A stretch of DNA of 63,341 bases, counting the filler, from Octopus bimaculoides (taxonomy: Eukaryota), in assembly GCF_001194135.2 (NCBI RefSeq). It is 5 parts of 5 records of this genome, joined end to end, with 100 filler letters (N's around TTAATTAATTAA, not from the genome) between each part and the next. Parts side by side here need not be neighbours in the genome. Positions count along the whole stretch, not along the records: positions 1 to 24,693 come from NC_068982.1; 4 more parts are not named here. One strand, given 5' to 3'. Positions 1-13,236 of the stretch are shown one piece after another. The first letter of the stretch is position 1, and each line of letters starts with the position of its first letter. Under the pieces are notes generated by a model that was given only the letters and a program-made list of their open reading frames with translations, had not been told where the DNA came from and searched no databases. The translations under genes were made by a program, and so were the position numbers.

Positions 1-292
1 TATATATATAGAAGCATATGTATATATGTTTAGGCGCGTGTGTGTATGTGTATGCATGTGTGTGTGTGTAGGTGTGTGCCCATGATATATGTGTACTTGT
101 GTTTGTGTTTGTTGGCTGCTGTTTGTTCTGGTTGTATAAATATTGGTTTCTTTGGTTTATTTTTTATATTTCTTTCATTTATTTTCTTTATATTCCCTCC
201 TTCTGATATTGTATTTAGTTTTTTTTCTATCTTGTTGGGGTTGTAGTTTTTCATACATATGCATACGTATCTCTCTATGTATCTATCTATCA

Positions 293-351
<59 letters not shown>

Positions 352-379
352 CATCTGTCTATATACATACATATATATA

Positions 380-410
<31 letters not shown>

Positions 411-420
411 ATACATACCT
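1..420. repeat. Compound microsatellite tract (TA/TG/TCTA)
   Basis: (TCTA)n at ~277-357 and (TG)n at ~380-410; explains the overlapping low-complexity ORFs. Confidence 0.95.
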
Positions 421-1768
421 ATGCCTGAGTTTGCGTGTGTGCGCATGTGCATAGGTTGTATTTTTGAAAGGATAAGGTCATCCATGTTCTAAGAAAGTGC
501 TCAATGGCTGATTGGAGTTGAATATATAAATGTATTTCAACAAAACCCTGGTTTTGATCACTTCTGTCACCTCTGAGCTACGGACTGGAATATCAGCATT
601 GACTTTAAGAATTCCTTCAAAATGACGTGAAGAATGAGAAAGAAGAAAAGGCAATATATTCGCAGATCTTGCAGTTTATTTTTGTATCCGGAAGTGGGTT
701 TGAAAAAATCAGGTACATCGGGGAGAGTTAAAAATCAGAAATATAAAATCGTTCAAATCTACGCTTTTGCTTGCTGTCAGCACAAGTGCGAAGCATTTTT
801 GTAAGCCACTTGAGAATCATTTCACACCACAACGCAAATATGAAATTTTCAAGAACAATTTTAATAAAATATGTTACTCAAGTATACCCAACTTTGCCTA
901 CACTTTGCTTCTTTTACCACCTATCAACTGAGTCTTCATTCCCTTCACAATCACAATCGCCGTCAATCTAATACTTGTCCATTAAAATTAAAATTGTATA
1001 ACGAAAAATAAAGAATAATCTTGATTGCCGACTGNNNNNNNNNNNNNNNNNNNNNNNNNNNNNNNNNNNNNNNNNNNNNNNNNNNNNNNNNNNNNNNNNN
1101 NNNNNNNNNNNNNNNNNNNNNNNNNNNNNNNNNNNNNNNNNNNNNNNNNNNNNNNNNNNNNNNNNNNNNNNNNNNNNNNNNNNNNNNNNNNNNNNNNNNN
1201 NNNNNNNNNNNNNNNNNNNNNNNNNNNNNNNNNNNNNNNNNNNNNNNNNNNNNNNNNNNNNNNNNNNNNNNNNNNNNNNNNNNNNNNNNNNNNNNNNNNN
1301 NNNNNNNNNNNNNNNNNNNNNNNNNNNNNNNNNNNNNNNNNNNNNNNNNNNNNNNNNNNNNNNNNNNNNNNNNNNNNNNNNNNNNNNNNNNNNNNNNNNN
1401 NNNNNNNNNNNNNNNNNNNNNNNNNNNNNNNNNNNNNNNNNNNNNNNNNNNNNNNNNNNNNNNNNNNNNNNNNNNNNNNNNNNNNNNNNNNNNNNNNNNN
1501 NNNNNNNNNNNNNNNNNNNNNNNNNNNNNNNNNNNNNNNNNNNNNNNNNNNNNNNNNNNNNNNNNNNNNNNNNNNNNNNNNNNNNNNNNNNNNNNNNNNN
1601 NNNNNNNNNNNNNNNNNNNNNNNNNNNNNNNNNNNNNNNNNNNNNNNNNNNNNNNNNNNNNNNNNNNNNNNNNNNNNNNNNNNNNNNNNNNNNNNNNNNN
1701 NNNNNNNNNNNNNNNNNNNNNNNNNNNNNNNNNNNNNNNNNNNNNNNNNNNNNNNNNNNNNNNNNNNN

Positions 1769-2125
1769 TTTTGACTGTGGCCATGCTGGAGCACCACCTT
1801 TAGTCGAGCAAATCGACCCCAGGACTTATTCTTTAGAAGCCTAGTACTTATTCTATCGGTCTCGTTTGCCGAACCGCTAAGTTACGGGGACATAAACACA
1901 CCAGCATCGGTTGTCAAGCGATGTTGAGGGGACAAAGACAGACACACAAACACATACACACATACATATATATATATACATATATACGACGGGCTTCTTT
2001 CAGTTTCCGTCTACCAAATCCACTCACAAGGCTTTGGTCGGCCCGAGGCTATAGTAGAAGACACTTGCCCAAGATGCCACGCAGTGGGACTGAACCCGGG
2101 ACCATGTGGTTGGTAAGCAAGCCAC
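1769..2125 (-). mobile_element. tRNA-derived SINE, family A (octopus OK/OR-type)
   Basis: Minus strand reads tRNA-like head (..ttaccaaccacatggtcccgggttcagtcccactgcgtggca), CORE-like ttgggcaagtgtcttctactatagcc, internal CA/TA microsatellite and tail ggtgctccagcatggccacagtcaa. Many similar copies in the window. Confidence 0.9.
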
Positions 2126-3284
2126 TCCTACGCCTAAAATTATTATTTCTTTTTTTCAACAAACTTCTTTTCCAACGTGTATATTTTGAAAATACTTTTT
2201 ACCTTCGCATGTACCTTATCTCCTGTATTTACATTAAAATTATTCTCCTTTAATATGCACTTGAAACTTGCATGATTTTGGCAGTTACTCTCTAAACTTA
2301 ATATACATTCACCACCCTATCCATCTCTGTATTTTCTTGTTCATTAACTACTTTTGGTTGTTTCCTTTAGTAGTTGTTTCTTATCAACGTTGTTTTAGTC
2401 TAAATTTTCAACCTAAAATACAGATTTTTAATTTCTAGACTAGTTCCAAGATCAAAACGATCGAAAGTGATTTATAAACCTGTAAACATTTTTTTTCCAC
2501 AAATCAAAAACATAGAATGTATTTTCATTTTAAAATTCTTCTCACAACTAGGATTACTAATATTTAAATGTTATTTCAGTCTTACCGATTCCTGTTATGC
2601 ATAAAATATATAGTGAAGCAAAAAATTAAGCTATCCATTATGATTTATGACGCATTATATATATATATATATATATATATNNNNNNNNNNNNNNNNNNNN
2701 NNNNNNNNNNNNNNNNNNNNNNNNNNNNNNNNNNNNNNNNNNNNNNNNNNNNNNNNNNNNNNNNNNNNNNNNNNNNNNNNNNNNNNNNNNNNNNNNNNNN
2801 NNNNNNNNNNNNNNNNNNNNNNNNNNNNNNNNNNNNNNNNNNNNNNNNNNNNNNNNNNNNNNNNNNNNNNNNNNNNNNNNNNNNNNNNNNNNNNNNNNNN
2901 NNNNNNNNNNNNNNNNNNNNNNNNNNNNNNNNNNNNNNNNNNNNNNNNNNNNNNNNNNNNNNNNNNNNNNNNNNNNNNNNNNNNNNNNNNNNNNNNNNNN
3001 NNNNNNNNNNNNNNNNNNNNNNNNNNNNNNNNNNNNNNNNNNNNNNNNNNNNNNNNNNNNNNNNNNNNNNNNNNNNNNNNNNNGTTCTCCAGAAAAAGTT
3101 CAGCAAAATACCAGAGCTTAGGCGGGCAGGACAAAATGAAGAATATATAAAAAATAAAGGATTAATTGTGTACCCGTTTCGCCATCAACTCTTTTACTTA
3201 CGTAAAAACGTCCGTGGTTCTTCAACACAATCGTTCAGGGGAACCATCTTTCAGTGTGATTGGGTTTCTTTTTTCTATTGTTTC

Positions 3285-3575
3285 TGGTGAAGCAGCCAGT
3301 TGGACGGAGCTGGTCCTCTTTGTGTCTCCAGCCGCAATGTCGGTTCAATTGAGTATCTCTCAGAAAGAAGTCCTTCAGACGTTTCTTGAAGACATTTATG
3401 TCTTCACCTCGTATACCTGTCTGGTTGTTCGGCAGAATGTTGAATAGTTGTTGACTCTTCAAACCAAACCTGTTATAGTACTGGGTCCTTATTCAAGATG
3501 TAGAATGATGGGAACTTTGTACTATGTAGTGCCATCCAGTTCAGTGTTTGGTATATCTTTCAACTCCAAAGTTGA
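3285..3575 (-). mobile_element. Decayed 3' end of a CR1/L2-type LINE ORF2
   Basis: Minus translation ..TQYYNRFGLKSQQLFNILP..GEDINVFKKRLKDFFL resembles the C-terminal (GPxLFNxLP..FKxxLDxFL) region of CR1/L2-group LINEs. Confidence 0.6.
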
Positions 3576-4369
3576 GATGTAGTGTGTACATATGTTCGTG
3601 TGCGTGTGTGTATATGTTTATATATATGCATATATACGTACACTCACATACATACATTTGTTTATATAAATATTCATGTATATATGAATGACGGTTTTAT
3701 ATATTTGCTTGAATGGAACAAATATAACTCAATACATGACTATATATGGTTATATATGTACTATATATTATATAGAAGAGAATATATATATCTATTTATA
3801 CAGACACATACTCACTCACACGCACATTTAATCGGTTATCTTTGCGTTGTATATATATACTTATGCATAATTATATACATATAAACATGAGTAAACACAC
3901 CCACACATACACACACATATATATGTGTATATATATTTACGCATATGTTTATACATACGTATACACAGACACTAACACACAGGAACACAGACATACACAC
4001 GCGCACCCCCTACACACACACATGCATGTTTACATTTTGTACTCCTAATATTAGTAATATCCTCCTTACTGTATATGTTGCAACTGTTTCTGCATTATTT
4101 TTGCTGTTGTTGAAGCAGTTTCATTTTTTCTGCATTTTTCTTTTTTCTTTTTTTTTATAACGAAACTAATTTTAAGCTGTTTGTTGTTTGTATTTATTTT
4201 GTTATTATTATTATGATTATTTAACTTTTTTTCTTATTCTTGTGCAGTTCTTACTACTACAGTTAATGTAGTTTCTATCACTGTTCTTGTTATTTTTACT
4301 CCTACTCTTCCTCTTCCTCTAACCACCACCACCATCACCCCCCTCTCCCATCATTATCATCATCATTAA

Positions 4370-4580
4370 GGCTGTGAGTTGGCAGAATCGTCAGCACGCC
4401 AAGCAAAAGTCTTAGTGACATTTCGTCCGTCCTGATGTTCTGAATTCAAATTCTGCTGCAGTCGACTTAGTCTTTTATCCTTCGGGGTCGATAAAATAAG
4501 TACCAGGTGTTCACTGGAGTCGATGTAATTAACTTACACTCTCCCCAAAATTGCTGGCCTTGAGTCAAAATTTGAAATCA
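4370..4580 (+). mobile_element. tRNA-derived SINE, family B
   Basis: ggcagaatcgtcagcacgcc..ttctgaattcaaattc..ccttcggggtcgataaaataagtaccag motif shared with >10 copies in the window. Confidence 0.85.
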
Positions 4581-4596
4581 TCCTCATAATCATCAT

Positions 4597-4812
4597 GGAG
4601 GCAGCGAAATAGCAGAATTGTTAGCACGCCGGGTAAAATTCTTAGCGGCATTTTGCCCGTCTCTACGTTCTGAGTTCAAATGCTACTGAGGTCGACTTAG
4701 CCCTTCATCTTTTGGGGGTCGATGAAATAAAGCACCATTTGGACACTGGGATCAGTGAAATCGATTATCCCCTATCCCAAAATTTTAGGCCTTGTGCCTA
4801 TTAATAGAAAGG
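4597..4812 (+). mobile_element. SINE family B, second tandem copy
   Basis: Same head, B-box-like gagttcaaat and central gtcgacttagcccttcatcttttgggggtcgat domain. Confidence 0.85.
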
Positions 4813-4849
4813 GTTAGTATTATTATAAAATGTTGAGTCTCATTTCTTT

Positions 4850-5000
4850 CGACTTTACGTTCTGACTTCAAACTCTGTTGAGGTCAACTTCATCTTTCAT
4901 CCTTTTACGGTTGATAAAATAAGTACCAGCCGAGTAGTGGAGCCGATGTATTTACTCGCATCCGCCAAAATCTCAGGCCTTGTACATATAGTAGAAAGAA
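4850..5000 (+). mobile_element. SINE family B, 5'-truncated third copy
   Basis: tacgttctgacttcaaa..ctttcatccttttacggttgataaaataagtaccag.. Confidence 0.75.
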
Positions 5001-5384
5001 TTAGCCTTCTAATAAGCGTTGTGTTTATCGATGTTGTTGTTATTATCGTTGAAGGCTGTGGTGGCGATGTCGGTTGTGTTGCTGCTGCTGATGTTATCTG
5101 TGTTATTTTTGTTAGCCATAAAGAAACATCAGAGCTTCCGAAAGAATCGGTTTTTGCTGCGTTTATTTGATGAAAAAAATATATGGGGGTGGGGTTAGTT
5201 ATTATCAGACCTTGGGAATATTGGGTTATTCCACCCTACCCTCTTGTGTCTTATGGTGGAAAATAATAGGAAATTAATCCTTGAATACTTTTTGGTTAAA
5301 GTGACTTAGGTTTGTTATGAGCCCTGTGTCTAATAAAGCCGGACCATAACACGGTTTTCATGGTATATAAGTGACTGAGTTTAC

Positions 5385-5588
5385 AGCACCCTCACACTGA
5401 ACGGGACACCAGCCCGTCGCGGGGTTAAATTCCCAGCCATTGTTGGAAGTTATCTGAGTGGACTAGGAGCAATGTGAAATGAAAAGTGTTGCTCAAGAAC
5501 ATAACAGAACACAGTATCCGACCCAGGAATCAAAACCATTATCTAATGACTGTGAATGCCACGCCCTAAACTCTAAACCACAGACCTT

Positions 5589-5590
<2 letters not shown>
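5385..5590 (-). mobile_element. tRNA-derived SINE, family C (degenerate)
   Basis: Reverse complement resembles the 47475 copy (tgttcttgagcaacactt..cattgctcctagtccactcag). Confidence 0.6.
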
Positions 5591-5623
<33 letters not shown>

Positions 5624-5685
5624 GCAAAAAGTAGATGTCCAAGACGCCTTCCCTCAGACGTCGAACAATATACGAGAGTTCCTTC

Positions 5686-6081
5686 GGGCGGCGAGCTGGC
5701 AGAAACGTTAGCACGCCGGGCGAAATGCTTAGCAGTATTTCGCCCGTCACTACGTTCTGAGTTCAAATTCCGCCGATGTCGACTTTGCCTTTCATCTTTT
5801 CGGGATCGATCAAATAAGTACCAGTTACGCACTGGGGTCGATATAATCGACTTAATCCGTTTGTCTGTCCGTATTTGTCCCCTCTGTGTGTAGCCCCTTG
5901 TAGGTAGTAAAGAAATAGGTATTTCGTCTGTCTTTACGTTCTGAGTTCAGATTCCACCGAAGTCGATTTTGCTTTTCATCCTTTCGGGGTCGATAAATTA
6001 AGTACTAGTTGCGTACTGGGTCGATCTAATCGACTAGACCCCTCCCCCAAAATTTCTGGCCTTGTGCCTAGATTACAAAAG
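5686..6081 (+). mobile_element. SINE family B, long internally duplicated form with target-site duplication
   Basis: Central domain present twice; flanked by aatatacgagagttc (5667-5681) and aatatacgagtgttc (6082-6096), a 14/15 TSD. Confidence 0.9.
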
Positions 6082-6542
6082 AATATACGAGTGTTCATGT
6101 CAAAGCCGTGTCTCAAATGGATTTGTTGAACGACTGGGAAGAAAACTACGGGGTCTACATATTGAATGAAGAGAACCGGGAGCTGAGAGCCATCATACAC
6201 GTGGGTTGTGCTGACTTAGAAGCTGGTTTCTCAACAATGAACGTGAGGTTTGATCTCAATTATTGGATTAGAATCTAGTCGTTCATTTACACACTCATGT
6301 GCATACATACACTACATACATGCATGCATGAATACATACATACATACATACATACATACATACATACATACATACAAAGATACCCTGTTGTTGATGTTGA
6401 AATTCCAATGAAGGAGCCTTGGATCTAGGTTCGAAACCGGTTCTTTCAATATTGGCAAGAAATCTTGAAATAAACTGATAATGACATACAAACATACGTA
6501 CATACATACATGCATATACATACATACATACATACATACATA

Positions 6543-7885
6543 CTTTGTGCTGTTATTTATACTTTCTGTAAACCCCTTGTCATTCATGTTAAGGAAGTCT
6601 GAAGGATATCTCACTGGTTCACAAGGTTTGCACAGTTTCTTTGTGGATGACTTGAAACTTTATGCAAAGAATATGCATGAGATAAAATAAAGAGCCTTGA
6701 CTAGTTACAACATTCTCAAAGGATGTAGAGTTCGAGTTTGGTCAGGATAAATGTTATATGGTTGTGGAAAGGGGAAAAACTGTAAACCAGAATAGTAACA
6801 CCTCCATCAATGATTTAACTGTTTCCCCTATATCTGACGAGGAATGTTACAGGTATCTAGGGGTGGATGAAAACATATCTTACAATGGCATCTGCAGCAA
6901 AACACATGTCACCAAAGTGTATCACAGCCGAATAGAGAAAATTTGGACCTCAGAACTCTCTGCATTCAATAAAACAGTGGTCCACGATGTATATGCAATG
7001 CCAGTACTCATACCAACATTTGGGCTGCTTGATTGGATGCTTGATGAGATCCGAGCCATTGATGTGAAAACCCGAAAAATACTAACACATAAACAGTGAC
7101 GTAGATCACCTCTACCAGAGGTTTAATATCGATCCAAAATGCCTTTGCATGTCGTATCACATCACTTTGGCAACTTCTTTTAACCACCAAGTGTCGAAGT
7201 GCATCCCTCGATCAAGTTTGCATACATGAAGCTGATAACATCATAAGACTTGGAAGGCAGCTCCTTGAGTAACATTCCTTGTTTGATAACATGCTCAAAG
7301 AAGTCGCACAACTCTACCACAACGTATCATCAAATGAGCATATATGAGCAGAAGACTATGCATGGATATATTAGTGGAAAGCTCTGAGATGATAGTAACA
7401 TTCATCCTCAAAGCAGTCTATCATGAACCAATAGCCGTATTACTACCTGTCACTTTGAAGGGTATGCATTTCCAGGAACAGAAAATATCAACCAAGTACC
7501 TGATGCACAAAAGGGATAGAGATGCAGGAAAAGCAGTAAAATGTGACAACAGATGCAGACTTTGTGGAATTAACACTGAAAATATCACCCACATCGTAAG
7601 CAATTCTCCGAAAATGCCATCATGGTATTATCTACCGATGAGACATTATGTTGTAGCTAGGACACTCTATAACGAAATCCGTTACTCTATCCAAATTACA
7701 AGTTTAGTTTTATAACTGTAATTAGAGGAGTCCTGGGATATGTAATACACTGCCTAAACACCAATCTTGAAAAATTAGGCTTCTCAAAACAGAAAGGAGA
7801 AAGCTAATTCGAAGACTACAGATCCAATTCATCGCTGGAACTATAAAAATCTGCAAAACTTTCCAGCAGTTTATCATTTAAGTAT
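6543..7885 (+). mobile_element. 5'-truncated, frameshifted R4-clade (RLE-type) non-LTR retrotransposon
   Basis: RT motifs LFILSVNPLSFML, FFVDDLKLYAK, EFGQDKC, YRYLGVDE, DVKTRKILT; zinc-knuckle region CRLCGINTENITHIVS..RHYVVARTLY; terminal GVLGYV..NLEKLGFSK. The PD-D nuclease segment appears deleted near 7700. Confidence 0.85.
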
Positions 7886-8593
7886 ATAGGCTTACAAAAA
7901 AATTAAGTATACAAAGAATAAGTNNNNNNNNNNNNNNNNNNNNNNNNNNNNNNNNNNNNNNNNNNNNNNNNNNNNNNNNNNNNNNNNNNNNNNNNNNNNN
8001 NNNNNNNNNNNNNNNNNNNNNNNNNNNNNNNNNNNNNNNNNNNNNNNNNNNNNNNNNNNNNNNNNNNNNNNNNNNNNNNNNNNNNNNNNNNNNNNNNNNN
8101 NNNNNNNNNNNNNNNNNNNNNNNNNNNNNNNNNNNNNNNNNNNNNNNNNNNNNNNNNNNNNNNNNNNNNNNNNNNNNNNNNNNNNNNNNNNNNNNNNNNN
8201 NNNNNNNNNNNNNNNNNNNNNNNNNNNNNNNNNNNNNNNNNNNNNNNNNNNNNNNNNNNNNNNNNNNNNNNNNNNNNNNNNNNNNNNNNNNNNNNNNNNN
8301 NNNNNNNNNNNNNNNNNNNNNNNNNNNNNNNNNNNNNNNNNNNNNNNNNNNNNNNNNNNNNNNNNNNNNNNNNNNNNNNNNNNNNNNNNNNNNNNNNNNN
8401 NNNNNNNNNNNNNNNNNNNNNNNNNNNNNNNNNNNNNNNNNNNNNNNNNNNNNNNNNNNNNNNNNNNNNNNNNNNNNNNNNNNNNNNNNNNNNNNNNNNN
8501 NNNNNNNNNNNNNNNNNNNNNNNNNNNNNNNNNNNNNNNNNNNNNNNNNNNNNNNNNNNNNNNNNNNNNNNNNNNNNNNNNNNNNNNNNNNNN

Positions 8594-9412
8594 GGCGGTT
8601 ACGATATTGACGATTATAAAGGTGACATTGATGCTGATGATGATGGAGCGGAGGTCATGGAAGTGGATAACAATGATAATGTTGTTGATGATGATGACGA
8701 TGATGATGATGATGATAATGATGATGATGGTGTTGGTGGTGGTGGTGGTGGTGGTGGTTGTGTTGGTGGTAACGATATTGATGACGGTGGCAATGATGAT
8801 GATGATGATAGTGGTTTTGGTGGTGATGGTGGCGACAATATTGATGATGATGGCAATGATGATGATGATGATGATGACGACGATGGTGATGATCATGATG
8901 ATGATGATGATTTTGATTGTGATGCTGGTGGTAGTGGTAGCGGTGGTGGCGACAACATTGATGCTGCTGAGTGCTGCTGCTGCTGATGATGTGATGATGG
9001 CGACGACAACGACGACGACGACGATGATGATGATGATGATTGTGATGGTGGTAGGGATATTGCGGTTTTTGTTTTAATTTTATGTGTATTTTTTTATCAT
9101 TATTCTCATTTTTACTTTACAGTTGTTGTTTTGATACAGTTTTTGCTCAAATTTTTGTTTTTGTCGTTATTGTCATTGTTTTTTTTATTGTTATTGTTTA
9201 TTTTTTCTCATCTCGTTAATAACTACCGCCTTTCCCCGCCCACCTCACCTCCACTTAGTGACACAGTTGTTGTTGCTGTTGTTGTTGTAGTTGTTTTTGC
9301 TGCCCTATCGATCATGGTGTTAATGGTAATGATGATGAAGATGATGATGATAACGATGACGACCAAACTGGTGACAGTGGTAGTGGCAATGAATATGATG
9401 CTGATGATGAAT

Positions 9413-9444
<32 letters not shown>

Positions 9445-9445
9445 A

Positions 9446-9500
<55 letters not shown>

Positions 9501-9660
9501 CGATGACATCGATGATGATGTTGATGATGATAGTTTTCGTGTAAATGATGATGATGAAGATGATGATTATGTTGACGACGGCGATGAGGATGGTGACGAC
9601 GACGATGATGATGATAATGACGATGATGATGATATTTACAATGTTGTTGTTATTCATATT
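8594..9660. repeat. Compound trinucleotide tract (GAT/GGT/GAC/GTT)
   Basis: Long (GAT)n runs, e.g. 9410-9530; the poly-D/M/I/S ORFs are by-products. Confidence 0.95.
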
Positions 9661-10048
9661 TTTACTGTTCGTGTTTACTGTCGCCCTTAGATTTTTTTCC
9701 TTTAGTCTTCTTCTACACTTTTGGCTCCTCTTTTCTTTTTTTTTCTGTCATTCTTTTATCTTCCTATAACAAAATAATCAATAAATCGATAATTTCATTT
9801 CATTTATTTATTTATTTTACATCTTTGTAGATTACTTTTTATACGATTCTCACTCACATCATCTCTCCACTCCCTCTCTTTTTTTTTCTCTCTCTCTCTC
9901 GCTATATATATATATATATATATACATACCCTGATTTTACTTTTTTGTTTCTTTCAATGATATGCACATTGCTTCTCACCCTCCCTCTCTTTTTCTGTGT
10001 ATGGATACACACGCACATGGATACACACACACCCACACACACACACAC

Positions 10049-10122
<74 letters not shown>

Positions 10123-10308
10123 GTATGTATATACATGAGTATGTATATGCATGTATACACATGCATATATATTCATATATCCAGATATAGCTAAATATAT
10201 ATATATTTATGCCTCTGCATAGATACATACATATATACATACGTATTCATACATATACATACATACATACACACACACACACACGCACACACACACACAC
10301 ACATACAT

Positions 10309-10357
<49 letters not shown>

Positions 10358-10897
10358 CATATTTACATATACATGTGTGCGCATGTGTGTGTGTACAGAT
10401 AAACAGCAACACAAACGCAAACATATATCCACACCATTCTGTTTCCAGCTAACCAATCCCGTGCCGATTTCTTTATCTCCCACTGCGCCCCCTATAGCAG
10501 TGTGTCTTTCATTTTCCTTCCCTAAGGACCAACCAGTATGGATCCGGAAGGGACATGGAAGTAAAGCACCGAGAAGATCAATAAACCGGATCGATATTGA
10601 TGATTAGATTGTTAAAATTTTTGCTGCTCCTTAACATGGAATGTGTATGCTCGTGTGGCCGTGTCTGTGTGGAATTGTATTAACGTCATATTATGCGACT
10701 GGATGTGTGTTCATGAGTGTGTGTGTGTGTGTACTCGTGACAGGGTAAGCTATATATACACATGGAGTCACGCGGTTATCTAAAAATGCACATAAGTGTG
10801 TGTATGTATGCATGCAAATATACATATTCGTACATAGCCCTCTACCCTCATATGTATACATGCATGCATACATGCACACACATACTCACCTAACAAG

Positions 10898-10939
<42 letters not shown>

Positions 10940-10973
10940 TATATTTATGCATGCATGTGTATATAAGCATATA

Positions 10974-11026
<53 letters not shown>

Positions 11027-11203
11027 TGTGATATATAGATTGTATGCAAATATCGATATTTATGATGTATATACACGTATGTTTATATATATATATATTT
11101 ATATATATATATATGTATATGTGTGTATGTATATATATGTTTATATATATAACTATGTATGTATATATATATACATATATTCATATATATGTATATATGT
11201 ATG

Positions 11204-11234
<31 letters not shown>

Positions 11235-11894
11235 GTATACATACATAGTTATATATATAAACATACACACATATACATATATGTATAAATATATATACAT
11301 ATGAAAGTGTTCAAGTTTGCATATGTTTGTGTACTTGTATAAACAACAATTCTGGTAAGGCCACCCATAGTTGTGTAATATAGGATTACGAATCTCTAAG
11401 CAGAAATCAAAATCTATAAAAACAACGCTAACAAACCTATGTAGATGCCATTGAAACAGCATCATTAGAATCTCCATGGAAAGAAAATGCGCGTCAAAAG
11501 AAATAGACAGAGAGCAGATGTAAAATCGGATAGCGAACTGTGAAAGTGCAATTCATGTTTACTGTGTACACTTTCAATGTGTGATACAAACAACAACTCC
11601 ATTCGTTTACAGTCAGAAAGTGTTGAAATGTAATGTGTTTATCGAAATATATTTGGTTCCTAAAAGCTGGGAGATGGAAGCAATAAAATGTGGTGTTGCC
11701 GCAGAAACAAGGGCATACGAGAGACTCGATATCCACTGCCAATTACCAGCATGCAACTGGAAAACTCAAGATTCTGAATTTATTTGGTCATATCTTAAAC
11801 AGGAGAGAAGAATCCTTGTGCTTCGAAGCAAAAAATAGAAACTTCAAGGTTTTAAGCATTTCTTTTTAATGAAGTTTAAACTGTAGACTGGTTT

Positions 11895-12400
11895 CCATAG
11901 AACTTCAGTGGTGGGTTTGATGGTAACCCACCACTGAAGTTCTATGGTAACATAATGTGAACTACTGCCTAAAATTACCCTTCCTGTAAAAACTTCTTGA
12001 GAACGACTATATTCACCTATCCACCACTGGATGTAATAACATGGATCTTATAATACATCACAGGAAGTCTATATCTTACTTATTTCCCTTTGCTATGCCC
12101 AAATCATTATACTATGATGTACTTCACGTGCATTCTCGTACTTGTTCTTATTCTTACTCTTATTCTTTTTCTACTCTATTTCAAAAAAACAAACACACTG
12201 TAGCTATTATTAACTGACATTTATATGTGTTAGCTCCTCCAACCACTTAGACGCTCTAAAGAAGCCTAGGAGTACATTCATTATCCAAGCCTTATCTGCT
12301 CATCCCTGCACACCACTGAAGAGATGGAGATTACCTGGAAGATTTCGTTGCTTCTTGGCAGAAACGGCCGTAATAAACTAGCACCCGCATACACATTCAG
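11895..12400 (+). mobile_element. 5'-truncated Penelope-like element 3' end with 23-bp 5' foldback and HHR-like core
   Basis: Perfect hairpin at 11895-11947; reading KLLENDYIHLSTTGCN resembles the end of PLE GIY-YIG ORFs; CTGAAGA (12316)..GAAACggccGTA (12361-12372) lies downstream. Confidence 0.5.
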
Positions 12401-12969
12401 GTTTAGTGACAATCTGCTCATTTGCTCATTTGCCCATTTTCTCATTTGCTCAATTACTCACTTGTTTCTATATGCTTATATGCTTCCACACCCTTGTTTA
12501 TGCAAATAGCAACTTTTTCTACTTGATTATCTGTACCACAAATACATATGTGTGGATTCCTCCAATACATTTGAATAAATAGACATACTGGAATGTTTAT
12601 TGGTGTCTGTCGATTTTATATCCTCTTCGTTTTCTTATTTGCCATATAAACCAAGGGTAAACCACTTTTTACCCCCGCCCATATATAATACTCAATTGCG
12701 AGATTGCCATGCAATAACTAGCATTTGGGTATGAATAATTGGGTACACTACCAGCAGTATATTGGATAGGTACTGTCCATTAGTTGGTTTCTCAACCTCT
12801 AACTCACACAGATTACATATATATACAGAGGTTATGAGAGGTAATGGTCAATAAGACCCAAAGGTGTCAGTTAATGCTGAGTAAGTGCTATGGACACACT
12901 ACAGTTAACTTCCAGGTTCGGTGATTATGCGAATAAGGAGTCCAACGTAGGTCATATATCAGCGCGTGT

Positions 12970-13236
12970 ATATATAATTTTTTTTTCAGAGTGAGATAAA
13001 AAACCAAGGTTGTGAAGATTTTAGAACATTTATAAATAGGTCTTACAGCTGTTTCCAGGATATTTATTATATCCCTTCATCGGAGACGGTGTGAGAAGGG
13101 ATATAATAAATATCCCTCCGATGAAAGGATATAATAAATATCCTGGAAACAGCTGTAAGACATTCTATTTATAAATGTTCTAAAATCTTCACAGCCTTCT
13201 TTCTTTTATCTCATTCTGAAAAAAAATTACATATAT
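12970..13236. mobile_element. Foldback (inverted-repeat) element with a minimal hammerhead-like motif in each arm
   Basis: Arms ~12970-13086 and ~13117-13236 are near-perfect reverse complements; each reads CCGATGA-hairpin-GAAAC-agct-GTA outward. Confidence 0.75.

Noticed and set aside
480-760. CCAAT (508-515) and CCGGAAGTG (688-696) as a promoter
   Set aside because: Short motifs are expected by chance and no linked exon was identified.
6400-6462. Hammerhead-like fold (CCAATGA..gagcc/ggttc-GAAACCGGTT) in the putative R4 3' UTR
   Set aside because: The core differs at two catalytic positions (including G5) and stem I needs an internal loop; too weak to call.
11581-11838. 85-aa ORF as a gene
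   Set aside because: No recognisable domain or splice context, and its length is within chance expectation.
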